Assembly: GCA_965240465.1 (NCBI GenBank)
Contig: OZ251219.1
Span: forward strand, 1,504,001 to 1,568,000
Source: a bacterium
GTDB lineage: Bacteria > SAR324 > JACQKK01
Length of the DNA: 64,000 nt
Direction of reading: 5' to 3'
Within the stretch, counting starts at the first letter, position 1; each line of letters opens with the position of its first letter. The position numbers and the translations under genes are program-made. Shown piece by piece: positions 20,608 to 30,319 of this stretch. The notes under the pieces are model-generated. The model worked only from the letters and a program-made list of their open reading frames with translations. It was not told the origin of the DNA and did not search any database.

Positions 20608-20671
20608 GCAAATAGCATGGCAAATGACATGGCAAATGACATGGCAAATGACATGGCAAATGACATGGCAA
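20608..20671. repeat. 12-bp tandem repeat (CATGGCAAATGA), about 5 copies, in a divergent intergenic region
   Basis: Read directly. Confidence 0.95.
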
Positions 20672-20758
20672 CCAACACGATAGGCAACATGATACATTCA
20701 CTGTGAAATCCCGCTATGAGATGTCGCTACGAAATGTCCTGCGGTTTGGGAGATTGAT

Positions 20759-22393
20759 TTGAACGAAAGCGTTGTACCCCTAGAGCGTGTGAAAGTAGCG
20801 GTTTGGAGTGAATTGGCAGACCGTAATCCTGCCTACGCTCTGGTAGCTGGGGTTGACTTGGTATTGGTGCGTTGGGATGAGCAAGTTTCGGTATTGTATG
20901 GGCGATGTTTGCATCGCGGAGCCTTAATGTCGGATGGGAGAATTGAGGGGGATAATTTGATATGCGGCATGCATAATTGGGATTATTGTTTTGAGACTGG
21001 GGTCAGTGGTTACAACTCCGCAGAGAGATTACACAAGTTTAATGCTTGGGTGCAAGAAGATGCTGTGTATGTTGACCGATTGGAAATAGAAGCGTGGGAA
21101 AAGGACAATCCGCAACCTTATGACCGAGATACCTATCAGGGACTGTACGCTGATATTCATGGTACCCCTGATGAACCACACAACGCTTATATTAGAGAGT
21201 TAGCGGTCAATGGTCTTGAGAAGATGGGTCAGCATGGCTGGGTATCGGCTATGGGTGTATCTCGGGAAAGATTGCCTAGTTGGGATGATATTCAGATAAT
21301 CACTGCTCAGTTGGCGGTTAGTCCTCAGCAGGATAATGTTGCGGTTGGTACGGAGCTAGTGATTGGCACCCGAGCCAAAAAGCCCTTACTTTTGAGTATT
21401 CCTTTGTTTGTCAGCGACATGAGCTTTGGTGCTCTTAGTGAGGAAGCCAAGGTGGCTTTGGCAAAAGGGGCAGAATTAGCAAAGACTGGCATTTGCTCTG
21501 GTGAAGGAGGTATGTTACCTGAGGAAAAACAAGCTAATTCACGCTATTTTTATGAGCTCGCTAGTGCACGTTTTGGCTGGTCTTTGGATAGGGGAGCTAG
21601 TTGTCAGGCATTTCATTTCAAATCTGGTCAAGGTGCTAAGACTGGTACTGGCGGTCATTTGCCCGGCAAAAAGGTGCAGGGTAAAATCGCTAAGGTGCGT
21701 GGACTTACTCCGGGTACCTCTGCGATTAGTCCCGCAGCTTTCCCCGACCTCCATACTCCTCAAGATTATGCCCGCCTAGCTGATGAAGTCCGCCAAGCTT
21801 CGGGTGGCATCCCGATCGGCTTTAAGATGTCCGCCCAGCATATTGAAAAAGACTTGGACTTCGCCTTAGAGGCTGGTGCAGATTACATCATTCTGGATGG
21901 CCGTGGCGGAGGAACTGGGGCAGCTCCTAACATCTTCAAGGATCATATTTCGGTCCCTACCATGGCGGCTTTGGTGCGGGCTCGCAGACACCTAAATAAA
22001 TTGGGGCAACAGGACATCACTCTCATTATTACAGGCGGCTTGCGTACCGAAACCGATTTTGTCAAAGCACTGGCACTAGGAGCAAACGGTATCGCCGTTT
22101 CCAACTCAGCCATACAGGCGATCGGTTGTTTGGGTATGCGTGCCTGTCATACCAATAACTGCCCCGTAGGAATTGCTACCCAGCAATCTCATTTGCGGGC
22201 ACGACTGTTAGTGGATGCCTCGGCACAACAGCTGGCAAACTTCTTCCAAGCCACCGTGGAACTGATGAAAATTCTCTGCCGTGCCTGCGGGCATACTCAC
22301 CTTAATCAATTCAACACCGACGACGTCGCCACCTTGAACAGAGATATTGCCATGCTTACTGGTATTAATTATGCTGGCGTTATGTCGCCATAA
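20759..22393 (+). CDS. Rieske [2Fe-2S] domain fused to an FMN-binding glutamate synthase-family domain
   Basis: CLHRG...CGMHNW; MSFGALS, GEGG, QGAKTGTGGHLPG, DGRGGGTGA, GCLGMRACHTNNCPVGIATQ. Confidence 0.9.
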   Translation: MNESVVPLERVKVAVWSELADRNPAYALVAGVDLVLVRWDEQVSVLYGRCLHRGALMSDGRIEGDNLICGMHNWDYCFETGVSGYNSAERLHKFNAWVQEDAVYVDRLEIEAWEKDNPQPYDRDTYQGLYADIHGTPDEPHNAYIRELAVNGLEKMGQHGWVSAMGVSRERLPSWDDIQIITAQLAVSPQQDNVAVGTELVIGTRAKKPLLLSIPLFVSDMSFGALSEEAKVALAKGAELAKTGICSGEGGMLPEEKQANSRYFYELASARFGWSLDRGASCQAFHFKSGQGAKTGTGGHLPGKKVQGKIAKVRGLTPGTSAISPAAFPDLHTPQDYARLADEVRQASGGIPIGFKMSAQHIEKDLDFALEAGADYIILDGRGGGTGAAPNIFKDHISVPTMAALVRARRHLNKLGQQDITLIITGGLRTETDFVKALALGANGIAVSNSAIQAIGCLGMRACHTNNCPVGIATQQSHLRARLLVDASAQQLANFFQATVELMKILCRACGHTHLNQFNTDDVATLNRDIAMLTGINYAGVMSP

Positions 22394-22453
22394 TTTCTCA
22401 AGTGATAATTACACGAGTTTGATTTCTCAAGTAATAATTGCACGAGTTTGATT
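22393..22453. repeat. 29-bp tandem duplication starting at the stop codon
   Basis: ATTTCTCAAGT(G/A)ATAATT(A/G)CACGAGTTTG twice. Confidence 0.9.
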
Positions 22454-22486
22454 CGCACTTTCTGCACCTTTTTCATATTCATCACC

Positions 22487-23350
22487 ATGACTACAAAATC
22501 TTACATTACCTCCAATGCCATTAGTACTGGATGGCGAAATATCCCTGTCCCACCTGTGCCTTCGCTAGCAAGTGCTCGCCTACGACTGCACTGGGGATCA
22601 CAAATTCCCTGTGCTGCTGCCAGTCAGTTAATAGAACCCTTACCCGATTACAGCCACTGCAACCTGACATATAATGCCAATTTGAATGCTCTTTTAAGCC
22701 GTCCCTTGCCAAAACATAAGGATTTATCAGCAGGTTTGGTACTAACCGAATGTAGCCTTCTGGTTACCGACAAAAAATTCCAACCCCTAGCATCTAAGCC
22801 GTTGGCAGGACTAACACTGGAAGAAGGAATGAAATGGATGGCTTCTGCCCTCAAGGAATATGGAGGAGACGTACCTCCACTAGTGCGTCCATTTCAGGAA
22901 ATCCCAGCTAGCCCCATTGCCAACAAAGAGCCTTTTCCTGATGGCGACCCCGCTGGATTAGCTGAGGTAGATAGATGGTTCGCCAACAGCTTCTCAACCT
23001 TGCTTCCATTGGCTAAATCCCTGAAGAGCAGTACGGTTTGGTGCTGGCCTCATCATTTTGATGTAGCTACCTTACTCTTCCTAGAAGACAAACCACCTGA
23101 CAAAGCCCAACAAATTAACATTGGCTTCAGCCCTGGCGATGGCAACTTTGATCACCCATACTGGTATGTTACCTTCTGGCCCGATTCCACCGAACCCTTG
23201 CCTCCTTTGGAAGGTCAGGGAATTTGGTGCCAAGAAGCATTTAAGGGGGCTCTGCTCCTTACCGATCATTTGGCTATCAGTGACCAGCCCGAACAATTAG
23301 CAGCCTATCTTAATTCTGCCATAGGGGCTTCCATCAAATTAGTAGGTTGA
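22487..23350 (+). CDS. Conserved hypothetical protein (DUF5996-like)
   Basis: LHWGSQ, WPHHFDVATL, GFSPGD, PYWYV; family assignment from memory. Confidence 0.6.
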   Translation: MTTKSYITSNAISTGWRNIPVPPVPSLASARLRLHWGSQIPCAAASQLIEPLPDYSHCNLTYNANLNALLSRPLPKHKDLSAGLVLTECSLLVTDKKFQPLASKPLAGLTLEEGMKWMASALKEYGGDVPPLVRPFQEIPASPIANKEPFPDGDPAGLAEVDRWFANSFSTLLPLAKSLKSSTVWCWPHHFDVATLLFLEDKPPDKAQQINIGFSPGDGNFDHPYWYVTFWPDSTEPLPPLEGQGIWCQEAFKGALLLTDHLAISDQPEQLAAYLNSAIGASIKLVG

Positions 23351-23493
23351 TTTTATTACTATTTCTTGTTCAATGTCTCCAGTATGTGTACCGAGCAACA
23401 ATGATTAGCGGCTATCATTAGCAAGTTGAACGGTGTATGCTTCGTGGTGGATGGGGAACATAAGTCGGAACACAAATAAACGTGCAGGGTATC

Positions 23494-25467
23494 ATGTCTG
23501 AAGATTTAGCCAAGCAATTGGTGTGGCACAAAGCCATAGACAAGGATGAGCTGGCTGAGGGGCGGGTGAAGTCGGTCACTTGCGATAGACAGACGCTTTG
23601 CATGACTCGTTGGCAAGGCAAGTATGCGGCTTTGGATAATCGTTGTCCGCACCAAGGGGGGCCGCTGGGGGAGGGTTCTATAGAGAATGGTTTTTTGCGT
23701 TGCCCTTGGCACGGCTGGGATTTTGATCCTATCAATGGTCGTCCGCCGGGTGGTTATGATGACGGGGTGCGGGTTTTTCCAGTAGAGGAAAGAGAAGACG
23801 GCATTTATGTTGGTTTGGAGCCAGAGAAGCAGCCGATTGCGACTGTCAGCGATGTTATGGTTCGTACTATGACCAATTGGGGAGTGTGCAATGTGTTTGG
23901 GATGGTAGGTCATTCCAACTTGGGCTTGGCGGAGGCGATTAGACTAGAAGAGAAAGCAGGACGGCTACGCTATATTGGAATAAGACATGAAGGGGCCGCA
24001 GCTTTTGCGGCTTCGGGATATGGCAAGTTGACTGGTCGGGCGGCGGCATGTTTGGCGATTGCTGGTCCTGGAGCTACTAATTTACTGACTGGCTTATGGG
24101 ATGCCAATGTGGATAGATCGCCCGTGTTGGCTTTGACTGGGCAGGTGGATACTCAAGTTTTGGGGCCGGGTGCCTTTCAGGAGGTTGATTTGCAAGCAGC
24201 TTTTGGGAAAGTAGCCTTTTGGAGTCAGTCAGTGCTGCCCGGTAGTCGTCATGTGGAGTTAATGAATCTGGCTTGCAAGCACGCCATGATTGAGCGAGGA
24301 CCTACTCATCTTATTTTTCCAGATGAAGTACAAACACTCCCTGCTCCCGTGAAAGTAAGTGCTGGAAGCCCTGAGGGTCGTTTGCCTGCTAGTGAAATTA
24401 TTCCTCCTCAGGGCGAGCTGCAAAATGCTTTGGATTTACTAAGGAAATCCAAGCGACCAGTTATCATTGTGGGGCATGGAGCGCGATTTCACATGGACGG
24501 AGTACTGGCTTTGGCGGAAAAAATGAATATCCCCGTACTGACTACTTTCAAGGGCAAGGGGCTGATTGCCGATACTCATCCATTAGGCTGTGGCGTCTTA
24601 GGTAGGAGTGGTACTCCCATTGCCAGCTGGTTTATGAACGAAAGCGATTGTTTGTTAGTGTTTGGGGCGAGTTTTAGCAATCACACTGGGATTTCATCAT
24701 ATAAGCCGATCATTCAGGTGGACTTTGACCCCATGATGTTAGGTAAGTTCCATGCGGTGCAGGTGCCAGTTTGGGGAGAAATCGGAGTGACCGCAACTCT
24801 GCTACTGGATCAATTAGGCTCGGTCAAGTTTGATTGGACGCGAGAACAGGTAGCCGAAAGATGGTGCATATGGAGAAAAGAAAAAGCTAGTCGCCGTAAA
24901 GATGACCTCGGCAAGGGATTAAATTCAGCCGTGTTATTTGATGCTCTTTCTCGTTTAGCTCCTCCCGATGCCATCATACCAGTTGATGTAGGCAACAACA
25001 CCTATTCCTTTGGGCGATACTTTGAGTGCTGCGGGCAAGCGGTATTGATGTCGGGTTATTTGGGATCCATTGGATTTGCACTACCAGCAGCCTTGGGGGC
25101 TTGGTGTGCTACTCAGGAGGAGGATCCACTTTTTAAGGGGCGTAAGGTTATTTCTGTTTCTGGAGACGGTGGTTTTGGTCAGTATATGGCAGAAATAACC
25201 ACCGCAGTAAAATTCAAAATGAACATAACCCATGTTCTATTGCATAACAAACAGTTAGGGAAAATCAGCAAAGAACAGAGGGCTGGTAGCTGGCCCGTCT
25301 GGCAGACTTCTTTACACAATCCAGACTTTTCTCGCTATGCCGAATTATGTGGTGCTTTGGGAATTAGGGTCTCTGAGATTAGCGAATTGGACGAAGCCTT
25401 AAAGACGGCTATCGCTTACCCTGGCACTAGCTTGGTGGAAGTACTCACAGACCCCGAACTTATCTAG
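23494..25467 (+). CDS. Rieske [2Fe-2S] domain fused to a TPP-dependent pyruvate oxidase/acetolactate synthase-like enzyme
   Basis: CPHQGG...CPWHGW; IRHEGAAAFAA, GPGATN, DVGNN, SGDGGFGQ...N TPP motif. Confidence 0.9.
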   Translation: MSEDLAKQLVWHKAIDKDELAEGRVKSVTCDRQTLCMTRWQGKYAALDNRCPHQGGPLGEGSIENGFLRCPWHGWDFDPINGRPPGGYDDGVRVFPVEEREDGIYVGLEPEKQPIATVSDVMVRTMTNWGVCNVFGMVGHSNLGLAEAIRLEEKAGRLRYIGIRHEGAAAFAASGYGKLTGRAAACLAIAGPGATNLLTGLWDANVDRSPVLALTGQVDTQVLGPGAFQEVDLQAAFGKVAFWSQSVLPGSRHVELMNLACKHAMIERGPTHLIFPDEVQTLPAPVKVSAGSPEGRLPASEIIPPQGELQNALDLLRKSKRPVIIVGHGARFHMDGVLALAEKMNIPVLTTFKGKGLIADTHPLGCGVLGRSGTPIASWFMNESDCLLVFGASFSNHTGISSYKPIIQVDFDPMMLGKFHAVQVPVWGEIGVTATLLLDQLGSVKFDWTREQVAERWCIWRKEKASRRKDDLGKGLNSAVLFDALSRLAPPDAIIPVDVGNNTYSFGRYFECCGQAVLMSGYLGSIGFALPAALGAWCATQEEDPLFKGRKVISVSGDGGFGQYMAEITTAVKFKMNITHVLLHNKQLGKISKEQRAGSWPVWQTSLHNPDFSRYAELCGALGIRVSEISELDEALKTAIAYPGTSLVEVLTDPELI

Positions 25468-25505
25468 CGTAGTTTATCTAGCGTAGTTTATCTAGTATAG
25501 TTTAT
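25460..25505. repeat. 14-bp tandem repeat (TTATCTAGCGTAGT), 3 copies, running from the stop codon to the serS start
   Basis: Read directly. Confidence 0.93.
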
Positions 25506-26772
25506 GGTGGTGACTATGCTTGACCTACGCTTGGTAAGAGAACAACCCCAGCTACTTAAAGAGAACATTGCTAACAGAGGCATTCAAGCCGATGTAGATG
25601 CCTTGCTTAGCAAAGATGATATAGCCCGTAAGATTCGCACCCGACTGGAAGGAATCCAAAAACGGCGTAATAATCTTAATACTGAGATCAAAGCTGCCAG
25701 CCAAGCTGAACGGGCTCAGTTGGTTGTTGAGAACAAAGCCTTAAAAGAGCAAGAAACTCAGCTAGAAAAAGAAGTCTGTCAAGCAGAGGGAGTCAGAACT
25801 CAGTTGTTGAATAAAATGCCTAATTGGACTCATGGGGAATCTCCTATTGGCAAGGATGAATCTAGTAATCGGGTACTGAGGGTCGTTGGTGAACCCGCTA
25901 CCTTTAGCTTTGCACCCAAAGATCACCTCCAACTAATGCTGAACCTAGACTTGGTAGACTTTGAACGAGCTGCTAAGGTCAGCGGACAAAAATTCTATTA
26001 TCTTAAAAATGAGGCGGTACTTTTGGAGCAAAGTCTTATTAATTTTGCCCTCAGCTATCTGCAGAAAAAGGGCTTTACCCTGTTAACCACCCCCGATTTA
26101 GCCAGACAGAGCATTATGCAAGGTATAGGATTTCAACCTCGGGATGAGGCTACTCAGGTTTATAACCTAGAAAATACTGACCTCAGTCTGGTAGCAACCT
26201 CAGAGATCACCTTAGGAGGATTTTTTAGTGAAGAAATACTTTCGGCAGAACAGCTGCCCTTGCTACTGGCAGGATTATCTCATTGCTTTCGTACTGAAGC
26301 TGGTTCTGCGGGTAAGGAGTCCAAAGGATTATTTCGGGTTCATCAATTCACTAAGGTGGAAATGTTTGCCTTCACTACTCAAGAAACCTCAGATCAAATG
26401 CACCAACAACTACTGGACTGGGAGGAAGAAATCTACCAACAACTACAAATCCCCTTTCGCGTGGTGGATATATGTACTGGCGACCTGGGCGCACCTGCAT
26501 ATCGTAAGTTTGATCTAGAGGCTTGGATGCCAGGACGCCGTCAATGGGGCGAAATTACTTCCACCTCTAATTGCACTGATTATCAAGCTCGCCGACTGGG
26601 GATCCGTTATAAATCGCCCCCGAATAAGGGAACTAGACTGGTTCATATGCTAAACGGCACAGCCATTGCTACTACTCGCACTATGATCGCTCTATTGGAA
26701 AATGGACAACAGCCTGATGGTTCCATCCACTTTCCTCCCGTACTACAACTTAACCCTATTAAGACTCGTTGA
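25504..26772 (+). CDS. serS: Serine-tRNA ligase
   Basis: CFRTEAG, GLFRVHQFTKVE, EITSTSNCTDYQARRL, HMLNGT. Confidence 0.97.
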   Translation: MVVTMLDLRLVREQPQLLKENIANRGIQADVDALLSKDDIARKIRTRLEGIQKRRNNLNTEIKAASQAERAQLVVENKALKEQETQLEKEVCQAEGVRTQLLNKMPNWTHGESPIGKDESSNRVLRVVGEPATFSFAPKDHLQLMLNLDLVDFERAAKVSGQKFYYLKNEAVLLEQSLINFALSYLQKKGFTLLTTPDLARQSIMQGIGFQPRDEATQVYNLENTDLSLVATSEITLGGFFSEEILSAEQLPLLLAGLSHCFRTEAGSAGKESKGLFRVHQFTKVEMFAFTTQETSDQMHQQLLDWEEEIYQQLQIPFRVVDICTGDLGAPAYRKFDLEAWMPGRRQWGEITSTSNCTDYQARRLGIRYKSPPNKGTRLVHMLNGTAIATTRTMIALLENGQQPDGSIHFPPVLQLNPIKTR

Positions 26773-26794
26773 CACTCACAATCTTAGATCTTCC

Positions 26795-27352
26795 ATGTTT
26801 AATTCCAAGAAAAATGAAGCTCTCAAGGTTCTGATCGCCATGCCACAGCTCAAAGATAGCTATTTTGAAAAAACCGTTATCTTTCTATGTGAATACAACA
26901 CGGATGGAGCCATGGGCTTTGTTGTCAATATCCCTTCGGCAACCTCCGTGGACGATCTAATGCAGGAACTGAATATCTCCGTTCCTCAGCTACAAACAGA
27001 ATCCATTCTGCTAGGAGGACCCGTACAACCTGAATTCTGCTGGTCCATCCATACCAACGATTATAAAGCCCCCTCTACTACTCCCTTTGGTTCTACTTTT
27101 GGCATCAGCTCCATCACTGATATTATCCCTGCCATTTGTGATGGACATCCACCAGAAAATTACATCCTCGGAGTAGGATATGCAGGCTGGGGGGTTGGTC
27201 AACTGGATAAAGAAATAGATCAAGAATCATGGTGGCTGGCTGAAATTGACCCCTCCTTACTATTGAAAACCAAATGTGAAAACCGCTGGGAAATGGCCAT
27301 GGATCACTCAGGCTTGTCCAGAAACTCCCACACACATTTTTGCAGAGCTTAG
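26795..27352 (+). CDS. YqgE/AlgH family protein
   Basis: LIAMPQLKD, GAMGFVVN, GGPV, GYAGWGVGQLDKEI. Confidence 0.9.
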   Translation: MFNSKKNEALKVLIAMPQLKDSYFEKTVIFLCEYNTDGAMGFVVNIPSATSVDDLMQELNISVPQLQTESILLGGPVQPEFCWSIHTNDYKAPSTTPFGSTFGISSITDIIPAICDGHPPENYILGVGYAGWGVGQLDKEIDQESWWLAEIDPSLLLKTKCENRWEMAMDHSGLSRNSHTHFCRA

Positions 27353-27520
27353 TGTCAGCCTAGTGTCATTTTGCAGAGCCTAGTGTCATTTTGCAGAGCC
27401 TAGTGTTATTTTGCAGAGCCTAGTGTCATTTTGCAGAGCCTAGTGTCATTTTGCAGAGCCTAGTGTTATTTTGCAGAGCCTACCATTTTGCCAGGGCCTA
27501 GTGTCAGCCTAGTGTCATTC
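27335..27520. repeat. 20-bp tandem repeat (TAGTGTCATTTTGCAGAGCC), 6 full copies plus partial copies
   Basis: Read directly; the first partial copy overlaps the yqgE 3' end. Confidence 0.95.
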
Positions 27521-27560
27521 TATCTATCGGCAAGTAGCATGAAAGCATAGCATTCAGCAT

Positions 27561-28649
27561 TTAATCCTCTGCTACCCCGCTTCTGTTGTCATCCTCAATG
27601 CTACGATGAAATCTAGCATGACGATCTTCCCTTACTATCTGCGTCTTCCGTTGCGGTGGACGCCCTGCTTGTTGTTGATATGCCGTCTCGCACCAGTGCC
27701 AGAATATGTCTAAGAAATTCACTACTTCTGTGGATGGCAAACATTTTACGCTGGCTGCTCCCTCTCTGCCCCCGCCTCCAAAGCGTTCTGCCACTTTCCA
27801 TGCATCGCTGGGGCTATTTAACGGAGCGCGAATAGAGGCATCAAAGCTGCCATCGTGATTTTCTAGGGCTATCAATAACGCTTTATCAGGGTACTGACGC
27901 CCCAACTGCCCTAACCATACCTTGCGAACGCGGCGAACTGGTTCCCTAGGACGCAAAATGTACACCAGTCCATCGGGTTGATCTTCAACAATTAATAATT
28001 TCCTTGCATGCTCTAGATCTTCTTTCATCACCTTCCCGATCCGTGCCAGACGCTCATTTTCTTTGATAAAATCTAGAGGATTATCATATGCCATCATATT
28101 ATAGTGCATTTCAGTCACCGATAAATGCCCCGCATTCAGTAAGTCTCCATATGCATTGTAATTGAGCAATTCCGCTAGGGACTGTAGCTGTTCAACATCG
28201 TTTTCACTCAATCCGCTACCTTGCAGCAGTTTTTTTGCCTCAGATGGCATGTTGTCGCCAAATGCTCCTACGGCAGCCCATTCTTGATGAGCACCATTCA
28301 AGTGCTTATTAACCAACAAACTAGTACATGTTTCTGGGCTAGCATCTAAGTGCAATTCCAGTCTTTCATGCTCTGGCTGCTCAGAAGATATATGATGATC
28401 AAAACAACGAACCCTACATCCCTGTTTTAATAATTGCTTCAACGACACCAAATTACGCTCCAAAGGTAAGTCCAGCATCAAGATATCTCTGTTTTCCGCG
28501 GTCAAGATGGACATCAGCAAGCTGTGCTGGCTAAGCCCACCCGATACCACTTGGCGTTCATTCAACGGCTCTGCTAGTCGTATTTGCTGGATGGAACACA
28601 ACCCATCAGCATCCCCATGAAAAACGTCTATGGCTGTCATCGGTTTCAT
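27561..28649 (-). CDS. DHH-family phosphoesterase
   Basis: FHGDADG, FDHH, GAFGDN, NYNAYG, SIRAP, GGGGREGAA. Confidence 0.8.
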   Translation of the reverse strand: MKPMTAIDVFHGDADGLCSIQQIRLAEPLNERQVVSGGLSQHSLLMSILTAENRDILMLDLPLERNLVSLKQLLKQGCRVRCFDHHISSEQPEHERLELHLDASPETCTSLLVNKHLNGAHQEWAAVGAFGDNMPSEAKKLLQGSGLSENDVEQLQSLAELLNYNAYGDLLNAGHLSVTEMHYNMMAYDNPLDFIKENERLARIGKVMKEDLEHARKLLIVEDQPDGLVYILRPREPVRRVRKVWLGQLGRQYPDKALLIALENHDGSFDASIRAPLNSPSDAWKVAERFGGGGREGAASVKCLPSTEVVNFLDIFWHWCETAYQQQAGRPPQRKTQIVREDRHARFHRSIEDDNRSGVAED

Positions 28650-28824
28650 CAGTTGAAAGGAACAAGCTTATGCCACCGTCACTATAGCATTATATTAGCA
28701 AGGTATGTAAGAGAAACAGATGAAATGGATTATGCCCTAACTGCAGATAATTTGAAAGAGTGGCTTTCACCACAAAATGTGATAACTTTGCCAAGCGGGA
28801 TAACCAGCAAATTGAGGGTGTTTA

Positions 28825-30210
28825 TTGAATCCAAATAAAAACTTAAAAATTCCATTTGTAGTGCAAAGCACTCAAACAAGAGAACAAACTAATCCATCAG
28901 AATGCCCAAGCGGACTGGAGGGAGTACCATCCGATTTACCCAAAGAGGTTGGTTCACCTACTAAAGAGCTAGAAGAAAAATCTCGGAACATTTGGAGTGT
29001 CAGTGAATTTACCCATCGGGTCGGAGAGTTATTGGAGTCGGGTCTGGGTTCGGTGTTGGTGAAGGGTGAGGTTTCGGGATTTATTAGGGCGTCTTCGGGG
29101 CATTGCTATTTTCAGTTAAAAGATGAGGAAGCAATTTTACGGGTAGTCATATTTAGGGGGATAGCAGAAAGGATACGCTTTCAGGTAGAGAATGGATTGC
29201 AGTTGGTGGTTGGTGGCGACATAAGGGTGTACATGCAGAGGGGGGAATATCAGTTGCAGGCGGTTCGGGTTTTACCGCAGGGTATGGGCGAGCTTCAGCT
29301 GGCTTTTGAGCAGTTACAAAAACGATTGCAAGCAGAAGGCCTTTTTGATGAAAAACTGAAACGGAAATTGCCATGGCTTCCTAGGGCTGTGGGAGTAGTG
29401 ACATCGCCAAATGGGGCTGCTCTGCATGATATATTGGAGGTATTAAACAGGCGTTTTTTGGCTCTGCCAGTGGTGGTACAGCCGTGCGTGGTTCAGGGAG
29501 CTGGAGCAGGACAGAAATTGTCAGCTGCGGTACAATCATTGAGTACGCAAGCAGAGGAGCTAGGTATAGACGTGATCATAGTAGGTAGAGGAGGTGGTTC
29601 AGCAGAAGATCTGTGGGCTTTTAATGACGAGGGCTTAGCACGTGCCATTCGTGCGTGTAGTGTTCCAGTGGTTTCGGCAGTGGGTCATGAGATTGATTTT
29701 ACCATTGCCGATTTGGTAGCTGACCAGCGAGCCCCTACGCCTTCTGCTGCTGCTGAGATAGTCTCACCCCGACAGGATGATCTACTGGATCTAGTGATGA
29801 ATTCACGCCTAAGACTACATAGGGCAATGGAGCAAATACTTATCAGAAACAAGGAAAAACTACGCCATTTGCAGGTCCAAATTCGCTCTCCAATAGATTT
29901 CTGGCGATATGAAAAGCAGCGTCTCTATGGCCTACAAAAGCAGCTGTACGACCTCAAGAAAACTCTATTTGACACACCGAAAGCCCATTTGGCTCAGTTG
30001 AAAACCGCTCTAGATGCCCTAAGTCCGCTAGCGGTTCTGGCACGCGGATATGCGATTGTTAAGAATCGAAGCGGGCAGGCATTGCTTTGTGCTAGCAAAG
30101 CCAATCTGGGTGAAGCCCTAGATATTCGCTTGCATCAGGGAGAGTTGAATGTCAGGGTGGAGGGGATGTCTGTTGCTGATGCCAAATCTAGTCCGAAAAA
30201 AGATGACTAG
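28825..30210 (+). CDS. xseA: Exodeoxyribonuclease VII large subunit; start uncertain
   Basis: SSGHCYFQLKD, VTSPNGAA, GRGGGSAEDLWAFN, SAVGHEIDFT, RAPTPSAAAE. Confidence 0.95.
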   Translation: MNPNKNLKIPFVVQSTQTREQTNPSECPSGLEGVPSDLPKEVGSPTKELEEKSRNIWSVSEFTHRVGELLESGLGSVLVKGEVSGFIRASSGHCYFQLKDEEAILRVVIFRGIAERIRFQVENGLQLVVGGDIRVYMQRGEYQLQAVRVLPQGMGELQLAFEQLQKRLQAEGLFDEKLKRKLPWLPRAVGVVTSPNGAALHDILEVLNRRFLALPVVVQPCVVQGAGAGQKLSAAVQSLSTQAEELGIDVIIVGRGGGSAEDLWAFNDEGLARAIRACSVPVVSAVGHEIDFTIADLVADQRAPTPSAAAEIVSPRQDDLLDLVMNSRLRLHRAMEQILIRNKEKLRHLQVQIRSPIDFWRYEKQRLYGLQKQLYDLKKTLFDTPKAHLAQLKTALDALSPLAVLARGYAIVKNRSGQALLCASKANLGEALDIRLHQGELNVRVEGMSVADAKSSPKKDD

Positions 30211-30243
30211 CCCGAAAAAAGCTGACTAGTCCGAAAAAAGCTG
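30188..30243. repeat. 19-bp tandem repeat (CTAGTCCGAAAAAAG(A/C)TGA), 3 copies, overlapping the xseA stop
   Basis: Read directly. Confidence 0.93.
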
Positions 30244-30319
30244 GTAAGCCCAGCAAAGAAACTGAGATTTACTGCTTAATGCTTTTTATCTCCTGCTAGC
30301 ATCCTGAAAATACGAGCCT

